Shown here one piece after another: positions 31,588-40,630 of a stretch of DNA of 64,000 nt. Under the pieces are notes generated by a model. It ran no database searches, was not told the DNA's origin, and worked only from the letters and a program-made list of their open reading frames with translations. Numbering within the stretch: the first letter of the stretch is position 1; the number at the start of each line of letters is the position of its first letter. Location of the stretch: positions 35,955 through 99,954 of IMG/VR virus record IMGVR_UViG_3300035158_000222. The stretch is one strand, 5' to 3'. The stretch comes from a virus. Position numbers and translations under genes: made by a program.

Positions 31588-33690
31588 ATGAGTTTCATGC
31601 GATTTATAATTAATTTCCAGCGTAGAATTGGTGGTCCTTCCAAGCGTATACGAAAGCACAGAATGCGTAGGATTGTCAAGAGAACCTGGGCTAAGCACAG
31701 GATCAAGGAACCACTCGTGACTGCAGAGCGCATAGCGTTTCTAGTCATCGCAATTATAATAATCCTTGGTGCTGTAACGTTCTGTTCTCATCTAGCTGGA
31801 GCCATGCAGCAATGATAGTCAAGTACTACAAGTTTATGTTCTTTAACAATGAATTTAGACTGGTCATGCATGATCTTGAGCATTATGCCAAGCGATACGG
31901 TACGTATGGTTATCATGGTATGATACTGAAGCATGATGAAAGATTTGTTGTAGCTATGGAGCGAAACTACAAAGATAGAAACTTCGGCACTAAATTAAAC
32001 TGGATGTTTTTCCAATATGTTCCTGTTCTTAAGCTACCCAGGCTATGTGTGTCGCCAGTCTCAGCTCTTGTTATTTATAACGAGACGCTTAATAAGCTTA
32101 AGTCTGCGATGAAGTATCGTCCAGACATGTATCAACCATATGACTATAGTCGTAAGGAGCAACAAAAAACCCGCCGGTCGGTCAGAGTACATGACCGTCA
32201 CGGGTAAGGTCCTAAGTAAAGAAGCAGGACCAGAAGAGAATACGTTCTGGCTAAAACAAAATACTAACAAGTCATCGGACTGGGCCCAGCTAGCCCGTAA
32301 AGGTCATGAAGTCTTCCACCTTATGAATACCAATAGGTTTGGCAGGGCTTCAGGGTTTGCCGGTAAGATCAGGATCGATGGCAAAGTAATGTCTTATGAC
32401 GAAGCGAGAGATAAGTACGGGTGCTAGGATGAACGAACACGATCTGTTTAAATATAACGGTAATTCATCCAAGATAGTCATGAGAAGGAAGATCATGAAT
32501 CGTACGTTTGTTGTTCATGAGATAGATCGTGGCAAAATGTACGGTACCATTGAATTCATGAAGGATGATATGTTCAAGAAAGCTAAGATGGTGCGTCATA
32601 AGATATTAGAATCAAAGGTCGAAGCACTTGTCCTTTGTGCCAAGTGGTACAAATGGACTAGGATTCAAGTAATATTTGGACTCTCGATGATGGCAGCAGC
32701 TGTGTCTTTGCCTATCATTGGAGCAATATTCAGCTATGATTGAGCCAAAGAACATGTCCGATGATGAGCTGATAGTTCATCACCGTGACGTAGTAGATGA
32801 AATTAAACGAAGAGCAGCTAGAGACTTGCCCGAGCACAATCGCAAGCGTAAACTATGCAAAGGCTGTGTGAATAATGAGATATTCACGATCTGCCCGAAG
32901 CTAGAGGTCGCTACGCTTGAGCGAGGTAAGCTCAACTGCTTTAAAGCAATAATATATGGATGTTGATAAGAAATGGACTACGCTCGAGCATCGGCATATG
33001 ATGAAGTATACGATTCATAAAAGACGGCTCGGAGCAATGTATTTTCTTATTCTGGCATATCCTGCACACCATCTCAATGGAGCAAGGCGCAACATTACTG
33101 AGTATGATGTCAGAAGATTTAGACTAGAACATGACGACAAGATGGTCGATCGTATGACATGGGGTCCGTATAGGACAAAGATCGAAGCCATGGTCAAGTT
33201 TAGCAGGATATACAGAGTAGCTCTGCTGCAGTATAGAGTTGCCGTAGGTGGCATGATCCTTGGATTTGCTATCTGCGTCATAACACTAATATGTTCGATG
33301 TTAAAGGGCTAAGCGACGACGAGCTCGTAGCTTTCTACCGACTGGCGATCAAGGAGATAAGGCGCCGGGTCGCTGAGAGCGTGAGAATACGTGAGTTTAT
33401 TTCTTCTCATCGGGCTAAGCGAAATGAACGAAGTAAAGAGCGAGGCAATTAACGTAGATTATTGGATCGTTATGGAGAAGATAGATATAGATGGCTGGGA
33501 TGAGGTAAATAGATATCCCACTAAGTGGTTGTATCAAATCAGGATATGTAAAATGACAAAGTATTTCATGAATGATGACAGAATGCAGAGGTTTGAATTC
33601 AGAGCGGGTGATACTATCTATGACGTACGCACAAATAATCTACTTGAGGCTCATGTAATCTATACTAAGCTCAAAGAAAAATATGCCTGA
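31588..33690 (+). other. block of tightly coupled small hypothetical CDSs (31588-31815, 31812-32207, 32140-32427, 32429-32743, 32736-32966, 32956-33312, 33291-33452, 33424-33690)
   Basis: Overlapping stop/start codons. Several share an (E/S)A(L/M/H)V motif, two share SDDEL...EI.RR, and some have C-terminal transmembrane helices. Confidence 0.65.
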
Positions 33691-33895
33691 CAAACATAAA
33701 GTCAAAACGCTTCTTGACAATCTCCCCGTTCTATCGGACGCTCCGTCTGATAATAAGGGTAATCTGGATGTCAAGGCGTATAATAAAACCAAGGAGGTTA
33801 AATGGGTTATTCGTAAGCTCAAAGAAGAGAACGTAGACGGAGCCTGGCTCCGTGGCAACGGCTTTTTGATAGCTGCGATGATCCTGGATATATAA
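33683..33895 (+). CDS. hypothetical protein directly upstream of the RAMP-like gene
   Basis: 70-aa ORF ending 2 bp before 33898. Confidence 0.6.
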   Translation: MPDKHKVKTLLDNLPVLSDAPSDNKGNLDVKAYNKTKEVKWVIRKLKEENVDGAWLRGNGFLIAAMILDI

Positions 33896-33897
33896 TT

Positions 33898-34485
33898 ATG
33901 AAAAAGATAAATGTAACAGTAAAAGGACTATGTCCTATTCTCCATGCTAGGCATCCTACTCCCAAAGAGGAAGCCGAGATACTAAAGCGCAAGTCAAATC
34001 CTAAGTTTAAGGTGAAGGACATGACCGACGAAGAAAAATTTGAGATGCATTCATATAAGGTAGCGAAGAAGTTTGTCCTACCTAGTGAGATGTTCGAGGC
34101 AACCATGGTAAAGGCTGCTGTTCAGGTTAAGATGGAAGGAAAGAAGACGTATAAGGATGCATTCAAGGGAGGGATAATAGTTAATCCGGAAATGATCCCA
34201 TTCAAAACACAGAAGGTAGTAATGAAAGACACTCCGCAGAAGGGTGCATGGTGGATGTTTGGTAAATGGGGCCGCAATCCGAGCACTCGTGGTGCTATGT
34301 GGATTGTTAGGCCAAGATTGGATGAATGGGAATTAGACTTTACTATAGATCTGCTCATGGATGAGCTGATCCCCGTCGATGTAGTAAAAGGCGTATTAAC
34401 ATTCGCAGGAATGTATATTGGAGTTGGTGCTTGGCGTCCGAAGTTCGGTCGCTTTGAGGTTACCAAGTTCAAGGTACAAAAGTAA
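33898..34485 (+). CDS. stand-alone RAMP/Cas7-like RNA-binding protein
   Basis: N-terminal strand INVTVKGLCPILH, then FVLPSEMFEATM (the iPgsslKG-like position), RPRLDEWELDFTI, and a C-terminal glycine-rich loop AGMYIGVGAWRPKFGRFEV. Motif recognition only. Confidence 0.7.
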   Translation: MKKINVTVKGLCPILHARHPTPKEEAEILKRKSNPKFKVKDMTDEEKFEMHSYKVAKKFVLPSEMFEATMVKAAVQVKMEGKKTYKDAFKGGIIVNPEMIPFKTQKVVMKDTPQKGAWWMFGKWGRNPSTRGAMWIVRPRLDEWELDFTIDLLMDELIPVDVVKGVLTFAGMYIGVGAWRPKFGRFEVTKFKVQK

Positions 34486-34487
34486 TT

Positions 34488-34787
34488 ATGTTTAGGAAAC
34501 CCAAAAAGGAACCTAAGACTAGGTTCGCTCCCGACAATCTTAAGACTCTGAAAGGCAGTGACATGATTCAAATGTCACGTGAGCTTCTCGACGCAGCCGT
34601 GCGTTCGACAGAGATACTTAAGCTTAAACCTGGAGAGATGACTCCTGAAAAATTGAAGGAGGCCAAAGTTGTTCTTGGCTATGTTAATGCTACGAATAAT
34701 GTCATGAAGACTAGGATAAATATCCTAAAGATGACTGGTATTCAAGCAAAATGCAAAGCTATCAAGAGCAAATCAAAATCACTTTAG
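34488..34787 (+). CDS. helical basic hypothetical protein between the RAMP-like gene and the array
   Basis: 99 aa, starts 2 bp after the RAMP-like gene and ends 6 bp before the array. Confidence 0.65.
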   Translation: MFRKPKKEPKTRFAPDNLKTLKGSDMIQMSRELLDAAVRSTEILKLKPGEMTPEKLKEAKVVLGYVNATNNVMKTRINILKMTGIQAKCKAIKSKSKSL

Positions 34788-34793
34788 GCACAT

Positions 34794-35202
34794 ACAGTAT
34801 AGCTTCTGAAGTTCAGTCAGGTTCAGTGCCGTAAACTGATGTTCAGTGGACTCAAGTAGCGTGATGTATAGTAATGCTTCTATAGTCCAGTTGTGTCTAG
34901 TATCGTATTGTGAACTGGTGTGAACTTTTGTCTTGCAAAGTGAAGTAATGTAATGCTTCTGCAGTTTAGTGGCGTGTTGTGGTCTAGTGTTGTGTGCAGT
35001 TCAGCAAAGTGATGTAGTTTAATGTACAGTAATGCTTCTTCAGTACAGCAAGGTGTTGTAAACTTGTGTTTTGTGGACTAGCGTAATGTGAAGTAAAGTA
35101 ATGCTTCTGAAGTCTTGTCTAGTTATGTCAACTAATCTGTTGTTCAGTGATGTGTTGTGAGGTGAACTAATGTAAAGTATAGATCGTAGATTTAACTACG
35201 AT
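34794..35202 (+). ncRNA. pentamer-periodic (NN-WGT) array of five units with AATGCTTCT linkers; candidate guide-RNA array
   Basis: Units 34808-34872, 34882-34951, 34961-35030, 35040-35099 and 35109-35178 (13, 14, 14, 12 and 14 pentamers). Linkers at 34873, 34952, 35031 and 35100, plus variant ATAGCTTCT at 34799. Terminal hairpin ATCGTAG/CTACGAT at 35183-35202. No long ORF. Confidence 0.8.
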
Positions 35203-35245
35203 AAAATAAAACAAACACTAAAAGTTTAATTATTACAGGAAGTTT

Positions 35246-35467
35246 ATGAAAAATCTAAGAGCAAGCAGGTTCTACAAACAGCTTGATAGCTACAAGGCCA
35301 TCGCATATGCCGAAGGCTTCTGCGAGGGCGAAGGAGCTAGTGAGTATGAACAGCTCTGTGCCTGGCAGTATCTAGTAGATAAAAGGTTGACTGGCCAGCT
35401 ACAGGGATGGTTCGGTAGAACTGCACAATCATTAATTCATTCTGGCCATATTAGGCCACCCAAATAA
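35246..35467 (+). CDS. hypothetical protein
   Basis: 73 aa containing AWQYLVD...LQGWFGRTAQSLI, a phage-type small protein. Confidence 0.7.
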   Translation: MKNLRASRFYKQLDSYKAIAYAEGFCEGEGASEYEQLCAWQYLVDKRLTGQLQGWFGRTAQSLIHSGHIRPPK

Positions 35468-35518
35468 TTATGACTAGAGGTAGACCAAAAATCCCAACTG
35501 GATCAAGAAGCTGGACAT

Positions 35519-37559
35519 ATGCAGAAGTATAAATCAATAAAGACTATCTGGCCGTTCCAGCATGGCTATGGTGTATACTTTAAGCGTGCAGGAAATAAGA
35601 TACTGATCTGTGATGGCTGGACCAAGGCCGAGGCAGATGAGTATGCCAGACAGCTAAACAACAATGAGAAACCCGAGAGCGACAAAGTTCTACAAAGAGT
35701 TAACTCCGTATCTCGCCACAGCCTATGCAGAAGGTTTCTGCGAGGGCGAAGGAGCTAGTGAGCTGGAATGAGGAAGAATAGTATGGCTAAGAAAAGGGGT
35801 GCATCTAAGCATCAAGTTAAACAAGATCAATATGTCTAAACGAAGAATATTTACTGTTGGTCAGTTGATCGAACAGTTAAAGGAGTACAAGGAAGATCAC
35901 ATCGTTATCATGTCATCGGATGCTGAGGGCAATCAGTATTCTCCATTCTCTGCTATAGAGCATGGACTGTATGAGGAAAATCTCCCATACAGCGGTGAGC
36001 GAGTTGATAGTGTAGACGGAGAGATATGTCCGGACGAAGAACAGCCTGATGGCGAACATGCTGTCTTCTTGTACCCACTGAATTGATATGACCAAAGTAA
36101 AACTAATCAGGCTATGGGATCTTAAGAAGGGTGCCAAGATCCATGGCCTTAAGACATCGCTCAATGAGGGCGATTCATTCAAGGACAGGGTGATCACTTT
36201 TGACCATGTCGATGGCATGTATTCGTATAATACTGTCACTGACAGCAAGGGAGAGAAGCATGTATTACATCTTCGCAACTCCATGTGGTTGAAGAAGGTC
36301 GATGATCACTATGAAATGGCATCCGATAAGGAGATAGAAAAATATGCGCCTAGTGAGTAGTGTTTACTTCCACTTCTTTAACCAGTGGAAGTATATCCTC
36401 GGCAAGGAATATAGATTTACTAAACTAGATCTACTTAGAATCCATGTCGAGGAGAAGAATCAGGGTATACTGAGCTTATCCTTGACTGTACTGGGCTTGC
36501 AGTTTTCCATCAATTATGTCAAGTAAAAAAGTAATCATCACCGTCGAAGGCGGTTGCGTAACAGATGTCTCCGGCTTGCCGGAAGACTATGATTACGAGA
36601 TCGTTGACATGGACGTTGATGAGATAGGTTGTTATGCCCAAACAAATCAAGCCGAAGGCGAAGCCCAGGAAAAAACTGACTAAATCTCAGAGGGAGAAAC
36701 TTGAAGTTGTCCTGGCTTGGTATAATTTTGCCTGGACCATGGAACAGGATAGGCATAGGGATAGTCAGAAGAAACTGGGCAATAAGGCCACAGAGATGAT
36801 CGAAGAGATTATTCTCTGATTAAGTAAATAAACAATGTAACAGGCCCTATTAAGGGTGCTAATGAACACTATGAGCAAACTAAAAGAGAAGAAACAAGAC
36901 CTGACACTCGATGACTTCAAGTTCTTGAGTGCAGGCAAGCTGCGTAAGATGGAGATTAGATTTAACTCCAACACCAGCAACAAACTCATGGCCAAAGCCT
37001 CATTCATTATCGAGAACGAAAGGGAGGACACTGAAGTGGCAATCTATACCAAGGGTAAAGATTTCGAAGAGGTAATGAGAAAGGTCCATGACTGGCATGA
37101 GAATTATTACAAGAATATAAAGGTATTCGGTAAGTTGACTGGCAGGGAGAAGGACGAGGAGGCGTCGAAGAGTTCGATGCCGTTCTAGTCCGGCCCAATT
37201 CATTCTTCTACCGGATCATAACCCATATGGGTTGTCTAACTAAAGATGAATTCAAAGTTGTTGAAGCCATGCGAGAGCAGGGCGGCAGCTTTGTTCAAGC
37301 CTTAGCGGAATGCTTCCATAGAGCAGACATGTATAATAAGTCTAAGCTCAAGGCAGCATTTCCTGTCTACTGGAGACAGTATGAACAGCTCGCTGGTATC
37401 AATCCAGAGCTTCCTCAACCTGAGGGAACAAAGGGATATCAGACAAATGTTGACGAGCACATAGCCAATGCTGACAGTAAGTGGGATCCCAATATGGCAG
37501 AACAGGCCAACCAAGATTTCAAGGAAGGCCAGTTCTCTGGTGATGCTCACCTAGTTTAA
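35519..37559 (+). other. block of small hypothetical CDSs (35519-35758, ~35832-36086, 36088-36360, 36344-36526, 36516-36683, 36634-36819, ~36862-37188, 37227-37559)
   Basis: Co-directional, tightly packed ORFs with phage-like small-protein motifs such as SSDAEGNQYSP, ITVEGGCV and GGSFVQALA...AD..N. Confidence 0.6.
35664..35771 (+). pseudogene. truncated paralogue of 35246-35467
   Basis: MRNPRATKFYKELTPYLATAYAEGFCEGEGASELE*; 27 nt identical to 35318-35344. Confidence 0.65.
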
Positions 37560-37624
37560 TTTGTTCGTAACCGAGACCTGAAATAATATAGCTTATTTCA
37601 TTTCCGGTTACTCACTAAGATCTT

Positions 37625-38653
37625 ATGAAGATCAAAATTAGATGGAGAAAAACAAGACTCTCCACAGATGATCTGGGCCTGGCTAACAGCGTAATGGCTC
37701 ACATCAAAAATGTAACAAAGCAGGAGAAGATTCTGGAAGGAATGCGCTCTATTGCCAAGGGCATGAGAGAGGTCCTGACAGACATGGAGAAGCTGGCCGA
37801 TGACTTGAAGAATGTATCAAAAGAAAAGGCTGATTCAGTTGGTGATAAGCTCACCAAGATGGCTGAAGAGAATATCGGTAAGGTCAAAGTCGTGCCGGTT
37901 ACTCTAAGCAAGAAGGGAGTGGAACTTCATGAAGCCATGAATCCTGAGGAGGTCACTGATCTGCCTATGGCTCTCAGTAAGACTGAGCCCACCGAAGAGG
38001 AAACATTGACTACTGTTAAGCACGCTACTCACGGAACCAAGAGGACCAGTAAGAACTGGACAATTGACGAGGATAAGTACATCGTCAAGCATCTTCACCT
38101 GGATCCGAGAGAACTGGCTACCCATGACTTCCTTCTGAAACGCCATACTACTAATGCTATTCGCTGCAGGCAGTCCGTAATCAAGTGCCGGAACTTCAAG
38201 AAGCTCGGCAGAGGCAGAGGTAGAGTTCTCAAGAAACATATGGATCGTGGCTACAATGTACGAAGAAAGAAGAAGGCTCCTGATTTCTGGGGAAAAGAAG
38301 AAGAACGATACCTTCTGGATAATTCCCATGAGCCGATCTCTACTCTAATGAAGGCCCTGCCCGGCAGGACCAGGTCAGCTATTACTTCTAAGCGTAATAG
38401 TATGAAGAAGAAACAGGCAAAGGAGACAGCCAACGGAAGAGCTCGTGTTAGCAAGCTCTTGAAGAAACGAGACGAGACTAAGGGACACAGGCCATGGAAC
38501 CAGCTCGAGAAGAACTTTGTTGTTGATAATCTGAACAAGAGTCCGAAGTGGCTGGCCAAACAGGATATTCTGAAGGGACGTTCATTGAATGCTATCGGAG
38601 TGATGAAATGTAATTTAAAGAGGGAACAGAAAAAGCTAGCCGGTACAGGCTAA
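37625..38653 (+). CDS. Myb/SANT-like repeat DNA-binding protein
   Basis: Three repeats: WTIDED..., WGKEEE...GRTRSAI, WNQLEK...GRSLNAI. Confidence 0.6.
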   Translation: MKIKIRWRKTRLSTDDLGLANSVMAHIKNVTKQEKILEGMRSIAKGMREVLTDMEKLADDLKNVSKEKADSVGDKLTKMAEENIGKVKVVPVTLSKKGVELHEAMNPEEVTDLPMALSKTEPTEEETLTTVKHATHGTKRTSKNWTIDEDKYIVKHLHLDPRELATHDFLLKRHTTNAIRCRQSVIKCRNFKKLGRGRGRVLKKHMDRGYNVRRKKKAPDFWGKEEERYLLDNSHEPISTLMKALPGRTRSAITSKRNSMKKKQAKETANGRARVSKLLKKRDETKGHRPWNQLEKNFVVDNLNKSPKWLAKQDILKGRSLNAIGVMKCNLKREQKKLAGTG

Positions 38654-38669
38654 TCCCTCGTACTAACTT

Positions 38670-39281
38670 ATGAAGAGTAACTTAAGAAGACTGCTCGAGG
38701 AATTTCTTCCTGATGATGTCATAGACAGTATTGAGCAGCGTGCTAAAGAGATGAGCTTAAAGACTGGTACGGTCAAGCCAAAAGGCAGAAAGGCAAAGCA
38801 GATGCAGAAGCTACTGGAAGCCCGTGGCAGACGCTGTCAAATATGCGGGACAGAAGATCGTCTTCTTACTATAGATCACATCATCCCGAAGCAGCTGCTT
38901 CTGGATATGGGTCTCGAAGATTTCTTCTGGGATGAAGATAACTTCGAACTGATGTGCAAGGAATGTAATGTGAAGAAGTCAAACAGATTGGACTTCGATA
39001 ATTCGAAGACCGTAGCTCTGTTGGAGAAATATCTTAAGCTCTTCAAAGCCAGGCAATATGAGTCATCGAAGAAAGATCCTGTCGCAGATCGACAAGATCA
39101 AGCAATCGAAGATACGATTCAAGAATCAGGGCGGGTTCGTCATGCATCTTTGGATGAAGACGAAAGAGAACCAGAACTACCTGATGGATCAACTTGTCAA
39201 AGCCATCCCACATGCGGAGGCAAAGGACAAGATTGTAATCATAGCAGTTCAGCGCCCGAATGTAATCCTCTCAAAGAATGA
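38670..39281 (+). CDS. HNH endonuclease
   Basis: CQICG...LTIDHIIPK...N...CKECNVKK. Confidence 0.85.
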   Translation: MKSNLRRLLEEFLPDDVIDSIEQRAKEMSLKTGTVKPKGRKAKQMQKLLEARGRRCQICGTEDRLLTIDHIIPKQLLLDMGLEDFFWDEDNFELMCKECNVKKSNRLDFDNSKTVALLEKYLKLFKARQYESSKKDPVADRQDQAIEDTIQESGRVRHASLDEDEREPELPDGSTCQSHPTCGGKGQDCNHSSSAPECNPLKE

Positions 39282-39920
39282 GAAGGACTACAGATTCCTG
39301 GTTGAGTATTCTTTCGTTTGCAGAATGTGCCATAAGACAGTCTTGAATACTGTCAATGCATATTCTCTGGACTCTGGCTTTCCCATAGTCTGCGAGTTCT
39401 GCGTTGACAGACTGCAGTAGCATGGCAATAACAAAGTATAAGGATCGTCATAAGAATACTATAATAATCAGGGAGATGGACGACGGTCATCTCATGAACG
39501 CTTATTACTACTTCATTGATAGGCGTGAAGATATGATAGATGCTAAACGATCCGGCGTCGATCTGTTCCACATCTCCCTGCTAATCAATGCTCTCCTTCA
39601 AGAAATAAGCAGGAGAGGATTGTTCGAGTATTGATATGACTAAACATATCTGGGAAAAACTCAAGGACAAATTAGGCAAGTTTGAATGTCATTCTTGCTG
39701 TAAAAAGGTCGATAATAAGGAGGCAGTTAAGAATAAAGTTTACTTTGAACGATGGTATGGTGACAATCCTGGATCCGCAGTCGAAGCTCATCTCTGCGAT
39801 GAATGTGCTGCACCGATTATCCCTATCCTCAAGAGGGCTAGGGCTAATCAGTCTATACTCAAGAAGCAGAAGGAGCTGGATCCACATGATCAGAAGAAGC
39901 CATATCACTTCGACAACTAA
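39058..39920 (+). other. small hypothetical CDSs (39058-39420, 39421-39634, 39636-39920), two with CxxC pairs
   Basis: Co-directional ORFs with CxxC motifs and an IREMDDGHL.N motif. Confidence 0.5.
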
Positions 39921-39922
39921 TT

Positions 39923-40630
39923 ATGACTATCAAGATTAGATCAAACAAGCCTAAACCTGAACGTCTCATAGTAGATTCTACTGATCTACTCTTTGAGATC
40001 AAGCAGGAAGTAGTTAAATGTACCAAGTGCGAGCTACACAAGAGCCGTCGTATTCCGGTAGTGGGCGTAGGAAATCACAATGCCGACGTATTATTCGTCG
40101 GAGAAGCGCCCGGAGAAGAGGAAGAGAAGGTCGGTATCCCGTTCGTTGGTCCAGCTGGACGTGTCCTTGACCAGCTGCTGAAGAACATCAAGCTCAAGAG
40201 AGATGATGTTTACATCGCAAACACAGTGAAGTGTCGTCCTCCTCTGAATCGTGATCCCAGCGCTGAAGAGAAGGAGGCCTGTGTTAATTATCTTCTGGCT
40301 CAGATCACAGCCATCAAGCCCAAGGTCATAGTCTGCTTAGGCAGGAATGCGGTTCAATCTGTATTTCCACACTATGGCCTGGTCGAGGAGCCAAAGCTCC
40401 CGATGCGGGATCTTCATGGCATGGTGTATGAACCAGATCAGCTGTTCATTGACAACTCAAGGCGTCTAGGTGATGATGCTATGGCTGATATTAAGCTCAT
40501 GGTGTGTTATCATCCAGCCTATGCATTACATAATTCAGCTGGACTTCCCGCTATCAAGGCGGATTTCCAGAAGTTAAGAGATTACCTTGATGGAAAGGTC
40601 GGAGGTAATCAGACACAAATATGCGTGTAG
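39923..40630 (+). CDS. udg: uracil-DNA glycosylase, family 4 (Fe-S)
   Basis: C..C.L...R, VGEAPG..E...G.PFVG.AG, NTVKCRPP.NRDP, YHPA. Confidence 0.95.
   Translation: MTIKIRSNKPKPERLIVDSTDLLFEIKQEVVKCTKCELHKSRRIPVVGVGNHNADVLFVGEAPGEEEEKVGIPFVGPAGRVLDQLLKNIKLKRDDVYIANTVKCRPPLNRDPSAEEKEACVNYLLAQITAIKPKVIVCLGRNAVQSVFPHYGLVEEPKLPMRDLHGMVYEPDQLFIDNSRRLGDDAMADIKLMVCYHPAYALHNSAGLPAIKADFQKLRDYLDGKVGGNQTQICV

Noticed and set aside
34410-34445. Array unit 3 self-targeting the RAMP-like gene (GG.GT.GG...TG), and unit 2 matching IIDGD codons in the kinase gene near 63375
   Set aside because: Only about 5 dinucleotides match in each case, which is expected by chance given 128 kb of sequence and five units.
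34794-35202. Canonical CRISPR array, protein-coding repeat or simple microsatellite
   Set aside because: The constant part is only 9-11 nt and the 'spacers' are themselves periodic. Period 5 is off-frame and no ORF of 60 aa or more exists. The modules are not copies of one unit.
35246-35771. Diversity-generating retroelement TR/VR pair
   Set aside because: Differences are not adenine-specific and there is no reverse transcriptase in the window.
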